Counted from the first letter of the stretch, positions 38,462-49,320 are shown. The stretch is DNA of 64,000 bases from an uncultured Gammaproteobacteria bacterium (GCA_964540635.1 CAZINP010000002.1:99346-163345), one strand, 5' to 3'. Notes: generated from the sequence alone by a model not told the origin. A program made the numbers and translations.

Positions 38462-39322
38462 CTAGACTCTTTTTTCAAATTTTTTACCTCGATATTTCAA
38501 AAAATACTTTAAGCCTGAAATTAAGTGAATTTGTCCGCCGCGGCTTAAAATCCCAAGGATCCCCTCTTTTTCTGAAGAATACTGGGCGTGATAATGAATA
38601 ATTTCCACATCAGACAAATAAATAATTTTATAACCGTTTTCCCAAAATCGACGGCAGTAATCCATATCTTCAAAGTACATAAAATATCTTTCGTCTAACA
38701 GCCCAATTTTATCAGTGGCTGATCTTCTTACTACTAAACACGCGCCAAAGAGCCAATCAACTTCAATTGTTTTGTTATGATCAAAATCAATCATTAAATA
38801 TTTTTCGACCAATTTTTTGGCAAAAGACAATTTGCCAAAAGCGGTTCTTCTGAAAAGTGGGACTAAATAGTTTGGAAAACGACGGCAAGAATATTGCACC
38901 GTTTTATCCGGATTTAACAATTTCGGACCAACAATTCCCACCTCACGATTCGCATCCATGTATTCAACCATTTTTTCGATTACCCCGGGGACGATAGCAA
39001 TATCAGGATTTAAAATCATAAAATATTGCGCTTCACTGGCTTTAATTCCAATATTGTTTCCCGCCGAAAAGCCTCCATTAACTGGCGACTGAATGGTTTT
39101 AAAAGGCGGAATAATTATTTCTTTACCAATTAATTTCTCGTGCTTTGAAAAGTAATCCTTGGTTAACAATCCCCTGGTCATCTCCAAACTTTTATCTCCT
39201 GAATTATTATCAACAACAATAATTTCATAATCAATTTTAGGTTGAGATGAAATAATACCTTTTAGACACTGCTTTAGCAAACCCCTTGATTTATAATTTA
39301 AAATAATAATTGAAAGTTTCAT
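38462..39322 (-). CDS. Glycosyltransferase family 2
   Basis: IIILNYKS...VDNNSGD...YCRR GT-A motifs. Confidence 0.75.
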   Translation of the reverse strand: MKLSIIILNYKSRGLLKQCLKGIISSQPKIDYEIIVVDNNSGDKSLEMTRGLLTKDYFSKHEKLIGKEIIIPPFKTIQSPVNGGFSAGNNIGIKASEAQYFMILNPDIAIVPGVIEKMVEYMDANREVGIVGPKLLNPDKTVQYSCRRFPNYLVPLFRRTAFGKLSFAKKLVEKYLMIDFDHNKTIEVDWLFGACLVVRRSATDKIGLLDERYFMYFEDMDYCRRFWENGYKIIYLSDVEIIHYHAQYSSEKEGILGILSRGGQIHLISGLKYFLKYRGKKFEKRV

Positions 39323-39324
39323 AT

Positions 39325-40443
39325 TTATTTAAACCATTTTCTCATTTGAGATGCTGATATTTTTTTATGACGCATAATTATTTGCCTTTTCCTCAACGTT
39401 CTAGGCAATAAACTAAAAAAATTTATAATTGTCATAAACTGAAACGGCTCAAAAAAAAGAGTAGCAACCAAAACCTTACACTCTCGCGCCAAAAACCAGG
39501 GCAAAGCAAAAAATAAATTTTGCCACTCATCGTTTTTAACCAACATTAAATGTTGGTTGCGAAACGAATTGGCTCTTAAAAATTTAGAAATTTTCCGGCG
39601 AGCTGATAAGGCCTTGATTAAATTTGAACTGGCGGCCGGGAAACCGCGATGGTGATAACAAACTGCCGGCGGATAATACCAATTTTCAAAACCATACAAT
39701 CTTAAGCGCCAAGCCAAATCAACATCATCCTTGTAGGCATTAAAATCTTGGTCGGCGAATTCTTTTCCAATTGCGATTTCATTTAAAGCCTCAAACCGGT
39801 ACAAAGCGCAAGCACCGGTCAAGCCAAAAACTTCTTCGGTTCTGTCGTATTGACCTTTATCTTTTTCGCCCTCGCCGCGATCAACCGAACGTCGACTTTT
39901 ATAAATATCAAGGCCAGTTGAATCAATAAAATTAGATTTAACGGCTTGTATCATCCCTCCTTTATCATTGTCGTCTATATACTCTGTTTTTAACTTTAGA
40001 ATTTTTCCGCCAAAACTACCGCCATCAGGCTTTTGATCGGCAAACCCAACAAGTTCCTCCAAAAAATTATCGGACAAAATAACATCGGGATTTAAAGAGA
40101 GAATATACTCGCCCTTTGCCAGTAAAATGCCCTGGTTGGTTGCCCGGCAAAAACCTAAATTTTTATTATTTTCTAAAACTGTAACGGTTGGATAATTTGA
40201 CCTTATAAAATTTACAGTGCCGTCAACCGAAGCGTTATCAATAATCAAAATAGAAAAATCACGAAAAGTTTGACGCATTAAAGATTCCATGCAATCAAAA
40301 ATATAACGCATTGAATTATAAGTGACAATTTGAACGGATACTTTTGGCATAAATTTATTTTTTCTCGGTAACCCAAAAACCCAGACGATATTTACCGCCA
40401 AGCATAAGACGAGTCTGGGCATCAGTTGCCGGCAAAGAACCAA
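39325..40443 (-). CDS. Glycosyltransferase family 2 (start probably MPKVSVQIVTYN)
   Basis: VSVQIVTYNS...IDNASVDGT GT-A fold. Confidence 0.7.
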   Translation of the reverse strand: MVLCRQLMPRLVLCLAVNIVWVFGLPRKNKFMPKVSVQIVTYNSMRYIFDCMESLMRQTFRDFSILIIDNASVDGTVNFIRSNYPTVTVLENNKNLGFCRATNQGILLAKGEYILSLNPDVILSDNFLEELVGFADQKPDGGSFGGKILKLKTEYIDDNDKGGMIQAVKSNFIDSTGLDIYKSRRSVDRGEGEKDKGQYDRTEEVFGLTGACALYRFEALNEIAIGKEFADQDFNAYKDDVDLAWRLRLYGFENWYYPPAVCYHHRGFPAASSNLIKALSARRKISKFLRANSFRNQHLMLVKNDEWQNLFFALPWFLARECKVLVATLFFEPFQFMTIINFFSLLPRTLRKRQIIMRHKKISASQMRKWFK

Positions 40444-41848
40444 AAATAATTAAAGTAAAAGGAACCATGAGCCATTGCAAAAGCATTACCAGATAGTGGT
40501 GCCATCGATAATGTTCGGGTTTTTGAGGCAGCATTATAGAATACAAAACCGCAATCAAAACCATGCCTAACATTGAAGCCCGCATTAAAAGCGCAAGTAC
40601 ATGAGGCGTATTCTGAAACAAGGCCGTTTCGCGTTCATATTGCCTTGCCAACCAAAGCGGCAAATAACCCGCTAAAAGCATTATCAAAGGCGCAGTTGCC
40701 CAAGAATAAACACCTTCGGTCTGATTCCAAAGATAAATTATTTTTTTAAAAAATGGCACATTTCTTCCCTGACCGCTCTTAAACCAAAATTGTTTTACCA
40801 TCCAAGGAAAATGCTCTACCCCCCAAGCCCAACGCCTCATCTGTTTGTATTGATTGATTAAGCTTCGTTTAAAATCACCAATCTCAACGGTGTTCATATA
40901 AACCGGAATATACATTGGCACTGTTTGATAATCGCCATTGTACCTAACCAAACACTGCAAAAAGATTCTTGAATCTTCGGTTACAATTGTATTATCCCAA
41001 TAGCCAACATCAACCAAAGCGCGAAAACTCATACTATGCGAAGAGAACGTAAAAAGTCTTTCCGGCCTTGAAAGATCGGTAAAAAGCCAAAAAGTCGTTG
41101 AGCTGGCCACAACCCTGACAACCGGATTTGATTCCCAAACGTTGTTATTATAAATCGCTATTGGCTGATAGCTTGAATGAGTCGGTTTCGGGTTGGTTAA
41201 ATATTTATAAGTTAAACAGCCAAAATACTGATCATGAACACAAGTATCAATATCAAAATTAGAAACAATTACTTTGCCGTAATCAAGACCAAGCTCATCG
41301 ATTAGCTTGTGTGCTTCAATTGCCGCATAATGAGTATTTGACCCCTTGCCCGGCAGTTCCCCTGCAATATCTTTGGGGTGAACCGTAATTAAAAATTTAA
41401 AAAACTTATTGGCGTATTTTTGCTTGATTTCTTCTGCGATTTTTAAAAAATTATCCTTGTCTCTCTCTTCGCCGGCCAGAACTAAAATAAATCTATCTAA
41501 ATCGTAATTTGATTCACAAATTGCCTTAAAAGGCTTTTCGACAACGTTAAACGGTTCCTTATATGTCGGTAAAAAAACCAAATGATAATAATCACGGTAA
41601 TTTTTATCAAGTTTTTTCACCTTGGAAAACCAGTCTATTCTTACATCGCGTTGAAAACGATACCACGAAGCAAGGAGATAAATCATCATATAAAGTATCC
41701 TTAACAACCAATAGATATCAAAAGCAATTATAAAATATATCGCCCACAACGGTTTAATAAAAGAAACAAGGACAATACCGATGAGGGTTGTCCAAACAAG
41801 GATTCCTGGGATCATTTCCAGAATTCTAAATTTTCTTTCTTCTGTCAT
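40355..41848 (-). CDS. Processive GT2 beta-glycan synthase (cellulose/chitin/hyaluronan-synthase-like)
   Basis: N- and C-terminal TM bundles; D, D, TED (IVTEDSRIF) and Q-x-x-R-W (QMRRWAWG) motifs. Confidence 0.65.
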   Translation of the reverse strand: MTEERKFRILEMIPGILVWTTLIGIVLVSFIKPLWAIYFIIAFDIYWLLRILYMMIYLLASWYRFQRDVRIDWFSKVKKLDKNYRDYYHLVFLPTYKEPFNVVEKPFKAICESNYDLDRFILVLAGEERDKDNFLKIAEEIKQKYANKFFKFLITVHPKDIAGELPGKGSNTHYAAIEAHKLIDELGLDYGKVIVSNFDIDTCVHDQYFGCLTYKYLTNPKPTHSSYQPIAIYNNNVWESNPVVRVVASSTTFWLFTDLSRPERLFTFSSHSMSFRALVDVGYWDNTIVTEDSRIFLQCLVRYNGDYQTVPMYIPVYMNTVEIGDFKRSLINQYKQMRRWAWGVEHFPWMVKQFWFKSGQGRNVPFFKKIIYLWNQTEGVYSWATAPLIMLLAGYLPLWLARQYERETALFQNTPHVLALLMRASMLGMVLIAVLYSIMLPQKPEHYRWHHYLVMLLQWLMVPFTLIIFGSLPATDAQTRLMLGGKYRLGFWVTEKK

Positions 41849-41883
41849 GCCTTTATTTAACCATAAAATTATTAATTTGACAA

Positions 41884-41908
41884 GTATAAAAACGCCATCA
41901 AGGCGTTT
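41884..41908 (-). terminator. Intrinsic terminator downstream of gpmI
   Basis: AAACGCC atcaa GGCGTTT with a U-run on the minus strand. Confidence 0.5.
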
Positions 41909-41929
41909 AAAAATCTTGTTGATTACCCC

Positions 41930-43519
41930 TTAAATTAGTGGCCGACCAGTCATCTCAGGCGGCTGAGGTATCTCAAAAATATTTAATATTGTCGGCGCAA
42001 TATCAGCAAGCATGCCCGAAGGCGTTAAAATACTTAAATCACCGCCCAAACTATCCATACCCGTGGTCAGCTTTTGCCCTTCCCAGCGAGACCCAACCGC
42101 AATAAACGGCACAGGGTTAGTGCTATGTTCTTTATCAACTTCGCCGGTCTGTAGGTTAATTAATTCCTCGGCATTGCCATGATCAGCGGTAATAAAACAA
42201 ACACCATTTTGCGATAAAACGGCATTTACCAAATTACCCAAACACTTGTCAGTTGCCTCAATGGCTTTTATTGTTGCCGGGATTACGCCGGTATGGCCAA
42301 CCATATCAGGATTGGCATAATTTATAACAATAAAATCATTTTTTGCTTCTTTAATGCTTGCAATAACTTTTGTGGTCAGCTCATTCGCGCTCATCTCCGG
42401 CTTTTGGTCGTAAGTAGGCACCGATGGCGAAGGAACTAAAATTCTTGACTCACCCTTAAACTCATCTTCACGACCGCCATTAAAGAAAAAGGTAACGTGA
42501 GCGTATTTTTCCGTTTCGGCTGCATGAAGTTGTGCAAGATTGTTGTCTTGTAAAATTCTTGATAGCGAACGTTCAATCATTTCGGGAGGGAAGGCAACTT
42601 CGACCGGCAAGTCTTTATCATATTCCGTAAAAGTTGCAAAAAATAAATCGTTGTATTTTTTTTGACGATCAAATTTATCAAAAGTCGGCAAAGTAAATAC
42701 GGCTGTCATCTGCCTGGCTCGATCGGCTCGAAAATTAAAAAATATCACCGAATCCTTGTCTTCAATTAAACCAATCGGCTTGCTTTTTTGAGTAACGACA
42801 ATTGGTATAAATTCTTCATCATAAATTCCCTGCTGATATGATTTCTCAATCGCCTTGATTGGGTTTTCTTCTTTTATTTCACTTTTTCCCAATGCCATAG
42901 CTGAATAAGCCTTCTCAATTCTATCCCAATGATTATCTCTGTCCATGGCATAAAAACGCCCGGAAATTGAGGCAATCTTACCGAAACCAACCTCATTGAT
43001 TTTGCTTTGAAGCATTTTAACATAATCAAGTCCGCCATCTTTTTTCGTATCTCTACCATCTAAAAAAACATGGATAAAAACATCTTTAAAATTTTGTTTA
43101 TGGCACAGCTCGAGCAAGGCATACAAATGATCCTGGTGAGAGTGTACACCACCGTTTGAAACCAGGCCCATTAAATGAAGTCGTGATTTGTTTTTCTTTG
43201 CCGAATCTATTGCCTTAATCAAAGTCTTATTTTTGTCCAAAGCGCCAATCTCAATTGCCCTGTTAATTCTAGGCAGGGTTTGATAAATAATTTTTCCAGA
43301 ACCGAGATTCAAATGTCCAACTTCGGAATTGCCCATTTCTCCCCAAGACAAACCAACCGCTTCACCAGAGGCCTGCAGAGTCATTACCGGATAAGTTGAA
43401 ACCAGGTGGTCAAAAACCGGTTTTTTAGCCAGCGTTACACCGTTACCCTTGGAATGAGGCGCAACCCCCCAACCATCAAGGATAACTAGAGCAATAGGTT
43501 TTGGTCTGATAATTGGCAC
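41930..43519 (-). CDS. gpmI: 2,3-bisphosphoglycerate-independent phosphoglycerate mutase
   Basis: LVILDGWG...MGNSEVGHLNLGSG phosphoserine motif. Confidence 0.9.
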   Translation of the reverse strand: MPIIRPKPIALVILDGWGVAPHSKGNGVTLAKKPVFDHLVSTYPVMTLQASGEAVGLSWGEMGNSEVGHLNLGSGKIIYQTLPRINRAIEIGALDKNKTLIKAIDSAKKNKSRLHLMGLVSNGGVHSHQDHLYALLELCHKQNFKDVFIHVFLDGRDTKKDGGLDYVKMLQSKINEVGFGKIASISGRFYAMDRDNHWDRIEKAYSAMALGKSEIKEENPIKAIEKSYQQGIYDEEFIPIVVTQKSKPIGLIEDKDSVIFFNFRADRARQMTAVFTLPTFDKFDRQKKYNDLFFATFTEYDKDLPVEVAFPPEMIERSLSRILQDNNLAQLHAAETEKYAHVTFFFNGGREDEFKGESRILVPSPSVPTYDQKPEMSANELTTKVIASIKEAKNDFIVINYANPDMVGHTGVIPATIKAIEATDKCLGNLVNAVLSQNGVCFITADHGNAEELINLQTGEVDKEHSTNPVPFIAVGSRWEGQKLTTGMDSLGGDLSILTPSGMLADIAPTILNIFEIPQPPEMTGRPLI

Positions 43520-43534
43520 TGTTTATGATTATTA

Positions 43535-45121
43535 TTAAAATAAAGTTTTACCTGCCATTTCTTTGGCCTTTTTCTTATCCATTAACTTTAATATAGTTGG
43601 CGCAATATCGCCAAGCTTTCCTTTTTTAAGTGTAACTTTTCTGCGTTTATATTCAGCCAAAATTAATGGCACGGGATTACTTGTGTGTTCAGTATAAATC
43701 TCGCCGGTATCTAAATCAATCATTTTCTCAGCATTGCCATGATCGGCCGTTACAATTAATGTTCCTTTTCTTTTTTTAACCTCTTTAAATATTTCTCCTA
43801 AATATTTATCAGCATATTCAACGGCTTTAATGCATGCCTTTAAATTACCGGTATGGCCAACCATATCAGGATTAGCAAAATTTATAGTGATAAAATCGTA
43901 ACAACTGATGTATTTTTTAACCTGTTGAACTATTTTTGCCACTGACATTGCCGGCGTTTTATCATAGGAATCAATGTTTGGGGAAGGCACCATAAGCCAA
44001 TCGGCCCCATCGGGCGGTTGAGAATAACCACCATTGAAAAAATAAGTTACATGAGCATATTTTTCTTTCTCGGCAATATATAGCTGACGAGTATTCTTCA
44101 AAACAAACGGCAAACTATTAAAAACATCAATTGGGGGGGAAGCAGTTAAAATTGAATCAAGGTCCGGGCCAAAATCAGTCATGGCCACAAATAAAAGATT
44201 TTTTAAAACCTTTTTTCGCTCAAACGCCCCAGGATTGGCAACCGTATTAAACTTATCCTGAACAAACGGTTTGGCCATTTGTCGTGCTCGATCTGATCGT
44301 AAATTGAAAAATATTATTGCATCATTATCTTTAATTTTGCCTAAGGGTTTGCCATTTTTCTTAATCACATAGGGCGGGATAAACTCATCCGATTCTCCCC
44401 TATTATAGGCTTGGGTTATGGCTTCTTGCGGACTCTTGGCAAATTTACCTTTTCCTAAGACCATTGCATTATAGGCTGCTTCGGTTCTTGACCATTCTTT
44501 TTTTCTATCCATGGCATAAAACCGACCAATTACTGTTGCAATTAATTCACCGGAATAAGTATTGCCAACTTTTTTATTTTTCAATTGGCGCATCAGGGAC
44601 TCAACTAACTTCAAGGCGGAGTGTGGCGGCGAATCGCGACCGTCGGTAAAAAGATGCAAATAAACGTTCTTTACTTTATGAACTCTGGCACAAGCCAACA
44701 AAGCCAAAAGGTGGTCAGGATCAGAGTGGGCCGATTGTCCGTTGGACAACATACCCATAATGTGCAAATCGGAATGGTATTTTTTAATGTGGGTACAAGC
44801 CGCGGCAAATGCCGGATTGCGAAAAAAACGTCCTGAATTAATTTCCTTAGAAATTAAAATCGCATCTTGATCAACAACTCGACCGGCACCAATATTCATA
44901 TGACCAGCCTCGGAATTACCATGCTGAAGAGGCGGCAAACCAACAAAACCGTCGGAAGCTTGCAATAAGGTGTGAGGATAATTTTTCCAAAGATAATCAA
45001 AATTTGGCTTTCTGGCAAGCTCAACGGCATTACCGCGATTCATAGGCGCAATTCCCCAGCCGTCCAAAATTAAAAGGACAAATGGCGGTTTTTTGCATTT
45101 TTTCCGATTATACTTTTGCAT
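43535..45121 (-). CDS. gpmI: Second iPGM paralog (tandem duplicate)
   Basis: LLILDGWG...HGNSEAGHMNIGAG; same length (528 vs 529 aa). Confidence 0.85.
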   Translation of the reverse strand: MQKYNRKKCKKPPFVLLILDGWGIAPMNRGNAVELARKPNFDYLWKNYPHTLLQASDGFVGLPPLQHGNSEAGHMNIGAGRVVDQDAILISKEINSGRFFRNPAFAAACTHIKKYHSDLHIMGMLSNGQSAHSDPDHLLALLACARVHKVKNVYLHLFTDGRDSPPHSALKLVESLMRQLKNKKVGNTYSGELIATVIGRFYAMDRKKEWSRTEAAYNAMVLGKGKFAKSPQEAITQAYNRGESDEFIPPYVIKKNGKPLGKIKDNDAIIFFNLRSDRARQMAKPFVQDKFNTVANPGAFERKKVLKNLLFVAMTDFGPDLDSILTASPPIDVFNSLPFVLKNTRQLYIAEKEKYAHVTYFFNGGYSQPPDGADWLMVPSPNIDSYDKTPAMSVAKIVQQVKKYISCYDFITINFANPDMVGHTGNLKACIKAVEYADKYLGEIFKEVKKRKGTLIVTADHGNAEKMIDLDTGEIYTEHTSNPVPLILAEYKRRKVTLKKGKLGDIAPTILKLMDKKKAKEMAGKTLF

Positions 45122-45128
45122 TTTTTAG

Positions 45129-46385
45129 TTAAGCTAATTCACTTTCAATTTCAAGCAATCGATTATACTTCTCCACCCTTTCTGAGCGGGAAAGTGAGCC
45201 GGTTTTAATAAATTCTGAATTAACGGCCACGGCCAAATCAGCAATGGTAGTATCACCGGTTTCACCTGAGCGATGAGATATTGAGGTTTTATAACCGTTT
45301 TTGTGAGCCAATTCAATTGCATCAATTGTTTCGGACAATGTTCCGATTTGGTTAAGCTTGATTAGAATTGCATTGGCTACGCCATCTTTAATGCCCTTTT
45401 CTAAACGCCTTACATTAGTTACGAACAAATCATCGCCAACCAAAGTAATATTTTTTCCCAGTTGCTCAGTAATTAAAGCCCAATGCTCCCAATCATCTTC
45501 TGCCAAACCGTCTTCAATGGAAACAATAGGATATTTTTCCACCCAAAACTTTTCTATATCAACCATCTCTTTCGGGGTTACGATCTTATTGTCAGCCTTG
45601 AGTTCATAAACCTTTTTCTCGTCATTAAAAAATTCGGTTGAGGCTGCATCAATTCCTAGTAACACATCCTTACCGGGCTCGTAACCGGCATTTTTTATTG
45701 CCTTGATTATATACTCAAACGCGATCTCATTGCCGGGCAATTTTGGCGCATAACCGCCCTCATCACCTTTTAAGGTGACATAATCTTCGCTCTTTAAGAT
45801 TTTACCCAAAGCACTGAATATTTCGGCACCACACCTGATTCTTTCCTTAAAAACCTTTTGCTGAGGAATAACCATAAATTCCTGAATATCCAAAGACCAA
45901 TCTGCGTGCGCTCCGCCATTCAAAATATTCATAGTCGGATATGGTAGCTGCCAATCGTTATACTTTAGACCAAAGTTTTCTCTAATATATTGATATAGAG
46001 GCAAACCTGATTTTTGAGCGCAGGCTCGAGCAAAAGCCAAGGAGACGCCTAAAATTGCATTGGCGCCAAGCTTAGACTTATTTTCCGTACCATCGAGCCT
46101 TAGCATTATCTCATCCAATTCTCGTTGATCAGAAATTTCCTTGCCAACCAATTCTTGAGAAATAACTTTATTAACATTTTCAACTGCCAAGAGAACTCCT
46201 TTGCCATTATATCTTGATTTATCATTATCGCGCAGTTCCAAAGCTTCATGCGCGCCAGTTGAAGCACCTGATGGAACTTGCGATTTAGCCGAAGTTCCAT
46301 CGTCCAGCGTTAAAATTACTTCGACAGTTGGATTTCCCCTTGAATCCAGAACCTCCAGGGCTTTAATCTTTTCAATCTTAGGCAT
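45129..46385 (-). CDS. eno: Enolase
   Basis: SRGNPTVEV N-terminus, full-length 418 aa. Confidence 0.95.
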   Translation of the reverse strand: MPKIEKIKALEVLDSRGNPTVEVILTLDDGTSAKSQVPSGASTGAHEALELRDNDKSRYNGKGVLLAVENVNKVISQELVGKEISDQRELDEIMLRLDGTENKSKLGANAILGVSLAFARACAQKSGLPLYQYIRENFGLKYNDWQLPYPTMNILNGGAHADWSLDIQEFMVIPQQKVFKERIRCGAEIFSALGKILKSEDYVTLKGDEGGYAPKLPGNEIAFEYIIKAIKNAGYEPGKDVLLGIDAASTEFFNDEKKVYELKADNKIVTPKEMVDIEKFWVEKYPIVSIEDGLAEDDWEHWALITEQLGKNITLVGDDLFVTNVRRLEKGIKDGVANAILIKLNQIGTLSETIDAIELAHKNGYKTSISHRSGETGDTTIADLAVAVNSEFIKTGSLSRSERVEKYNRLLEIESELA

Positions 46386-46409
46386 AAATTAAATTTTTAT
46401 ATAATTCAA

Positions 46410-47222
46410 TTATAAAACTTCGTAAGTTACAACAACGTTAACGATTACATCTTGACTGCCAACCTGCAAATCAGGCGCCGGGACAGCAACGTCTCCGCCC
46501 ATACCATAACCTTCCACTTTCAAGACGCTGTCGCGATAAACAACCGAGCCTGGTTGGCTATAGCTCTCGGTAAAAGACACCAGCTTGCCCAGCTTAACAC
46601 CGGCGATTTTAGCTAGCGATTCGGCTTTTTCTTTTGCCTTAACCAAGGCGATTTCGCGAGCTTCTTGTTTAACTTTTTCCGGATCGTCAATTGTAAAATT
46701 TAAACCACCAACCTGATTAGCACCCAATGAACCCGCTTTTTCTACAATCTGACCAACATTATCCAAATTACGAATTTTTACATTAACTGATTGAGAGATT
46801 GAATAACCGCGCAATGTCTGACGGCCATTGGTATAATCATATTGCGGATAAATATTGTAATTGGTTGTTTGAATATCTTTTTCTTCAATGCCCATTGATT
46901 TTAATTGAGCAATGATTTTATTCATCTTCTCGGTATTTTCTTTTTGGGCTTCTGCTACAGTCGCCTTCTGGGTCTCTAAACCCAAAGAAATTTGGGCGAT
47001 ATCAGGCACAGAAGTAACCTTACCCTCACCGTCAACTGAAATTGTATAAGTTTGCTGGCTTTCGCGACCAATGTAATCGTGTTTTTTAATTTCATTCCAG
47101 GTTAAAACTGAAATAAAAACCACCAACCAAATAGTTAAAATTACGCCAAGAATTTTCCAAACCGGAATATTCTGGCAACATTTTGCATTGTTCATAGATT
47201 TATTGATTTTAAGATTAAACAT
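46410..47222 (-). CDS. SIMPL (DUF541/YggE-like) domain protein with N-terminal TM
   Basis: SIMPL-domain-like pattern. Confidence 0.65.
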   Translation of the reverse strand: MFNLKINKSMNNAKCCQNIPVWKILGVILTIWLVVFISVLTWNEIKKHDYIGRESQQTYTISVDGEGKVTSVPDIAQISLGLETQKATVAEAQKENTEKMNKIIAQLKSMGIEEKDIQTTNYNIYPQYDYTNGRQTLRGYSISQSVNVKIRNLDNVGQIVEKAGSLGANQVGGLNFTIDDPEKVKQEAREIALVKAKEKAESLAKIAGVKLGKLVSFTESYSQPGSVVYRDSVLKVEGYGMGGDVAVPAPDLQVGSQDVIVNVVVTYEVL

Positions 47223-47228
47223 ATTAAA

Positions 47229-48455
47229 TTATTTAATAATTGATTTAAGTGCCGGCAAGTCTTTGCCACCCAACAATTCCAAGCTGGCGCCGCCACCGGT
47301 TGAAATATGAGTAAACTTCCCGTCCAGTTTATATTTTGCCACAACTATTTCCGTATCCCCTCCGCCGATAACTGTTGTTGCTTTTGACCTGGCAATCGCT
47401 TCTGCGATTTTTTTGGTTCCAAAAGCAAATTTATTAATTTCAAATACGCCCATTGGTCCATTCCAAAAAATTGTCTTGGCCTGTTTTAATTCAACCAAAT
47501 AATTGGCAACTGTCCCGGGACCAACATCTAAAAAAAGATGATTCTTATTAATAACCTCTTTGTTTTCCAAATCAATTGTTTCAACCAAAGCTTTTTCGTC
47601 AATCTTATTTCCGGATATCAAATCAACCGGTAACAAAATCTTATTCGGGTATTGTTTAAGTAATTTTTTTGCTACTTTTAAAATATTTATCTTTTTTCTT
47701 TTTGCTTTATCAACAAAAGAACTCTCAACCATCGATTTTCCAACTTGATAGCCCTTGGCTTTCAAAAAGACATTAGCCGCACCGCCGCCCAATAAAACCT
47801 TGTCGGCAACGTGGACTAAGTGCTGCAGGACAGCCACCTTATCTGACATTTTTGCCCCACCCAAAACCACCACCAAGGGCTTCTGGGGCTTGCTTGACAG
47901 TGAAGTTAAAAATTTAATTTCTTTTTGCAAAAGCAAGCCGGCATAGGTTGGGCGCAAATGAGTTATGCCCACAGTTGAGGAATGAACGCGATGAGCCTGG
48001 GCAAAAGCATCAAAACAAATCAAATCAATACCATGAACAAGAAGTTTTGAAAAAATTCGGCTGTTATCCTCCTCTTGCGGGTAAAAACGCACATTCTCTA
48101 ACATCAAAATTTGACCGGATTTTAAATGGCTGATTTTTTCAAAAACTTTGGGGCCAACGCAATCATCAAGTTTTTTTACCGGCTTTTTTATCAACTTCGA
48201 AAGCGCCTTTGCCACCGGATCCATTTTATATTTATCAACCACTTTTCCGCCGGGACGCGAAAGCCAAGACAAAACAACAACCCGACATTTATTTTTTAAA
48301 AGAAACTTTAGGGTTGGCAAGGTTTCTTTAATCCTTCTATCATCAGCAACCTGCCATTTCCCATCAACCTCTTTTAGAGGTACATCATAAGCAACACGAA
48401 AAAGAACGGTCTTATTGCGTAAATTCTTTACCTCCTTAATTGACTTAAGTTTCAT
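47229..48455 (-). CDS. pgk: Phosphoglycerate kinase
   Basis: N- and C-domain PGK motifs (GGGASLE...). Confidence 0.9.
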   Translation of the reverse strand: MKLKSIKEVKNLRNKTVLFRVAYDVPLKEVDGKWQVADDRRIKETLPTLKFLLKNKCRVVVLSWLSRPGGKVVDKYKMDPVAKALSKLIKKPVKKLDDCVGPKVFEKISHLKSGQILMLENVRFYPQEEDNSRIFSKLLVHGIDLICFDAFAQAHRVHSSTVGITHLRPTYAGLLLQKEIKFLTSLSSKPQKPLVVVLGGAKMSDKVAVLQHLVHVADKVLLGGGAANVFLKAKGYQVGKSMVESSFVDKAKRKKINILKVAKKLLKQYPNKILLPVDLISGNKIDEKALVETIDLENKEVINKNHLFLDVGPGTVANYLVELKQAKTIFWNGPMGVFEINKFAFGTKKIAEAIARSKATTVIGGGDTEIVVAKYKLDGKFTHISTGGGASLELLGGKDLPALKSIIK

Positions 48456-49248
48456 TTTTTTTGTTTGATTTCTTAGTTATTTTAACCGCACAAAATTCTT
48501 TATCCGCACCATTAAAATAAGGCTCAACCTCACAATCAAAACCCAAGGATCTAATTTGTTCCGGCAAGCGAGAATCCAAGAAAACAAAATCCCGATAGAC
48601 CTCCTTTAATCGATCCTTGTTTCTATTCATGATCTCGAGCTCTTCTTGGCGCTTCCTGTCAAAATCCCGAGCACTTTTCTCGCACGCAGAGTTATAAACT
48701 CCGTTAAAAATAAAATAGCCTCCTGGCTTTAATGTTCGTATTGCTTCTCGCAAAAAGTCTAATTCTCCTTTTTCATCTGGTATAAAATGAACAACATGAT
48801 TGGCAATAGAAATATCAACGGAATTGTCTCGTAGCGGCAACGACCTCATATCTCCTTTTATCGCCAAAATCTTATCTAAATATGGCGCTAAATCACCATC
48901 GGCCCTAAGCTCCTTTAGCATATATGAGGATTTGTCCAAGGCAATAAGCTTTCCAACCATTGGCAGTATTTCTCTTTCCAGGCGACCACCAGGACCACTT
49001 CCCAAATCTAAAACCGTCTTGCCGTCAAGCTCATCGCGGACCTCTCTTATTATTTTATCCCAGGGATTCTCGTCACTATTTTGATCTACTCTATTAATAA
49101 TTTCTTTTGCATTACCGATAATTGACAACACTTTTTGGTGATCTGCCTCCATCCCTCCATAACCTTCTTCTGATTTTTTATAATCACGAGCAACACCTTT
49201 GTCGTCCCAGCCGGTTTCAAAATAAATTCTGTTTCTTAAATTATCCAT
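48445..49248 (-). CDS. Class I SAM-dependent methyltransferase
   Basis: VLDLGSGPGG motif I. Confidence 0.65.
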   Translation of the reverse strand: MDNLRNRIYFETGWDDKGVARDYKKSEEGYGGMEADHQKVLSIIGNAKEIINRVDQNSDENPWDKIIREVRDELDGKTVLDLGSGPGGRLEREILPMVGKLIALDKSSYMLKELRADGDLAPYLDKILAIKGDMRSLPLRDNSVDISIANHVVHFIPDEKGELDFLREAIRTLKPGGYFIFNGVYNSACEKSARDFDRKRQEELEIMNRNKDRLKEVYRDFVFLDSRLPEQIRSLGFDCEVEPYFNGADKEFCAVKITKKSNKKNET

Positions 49249-49320
49249 AAAAAAATAAAATCAAAAACAAATAAATTATAACATAAAACATTGTCTCCGT
49301 AAAGGCAACTAAAAACTCTC

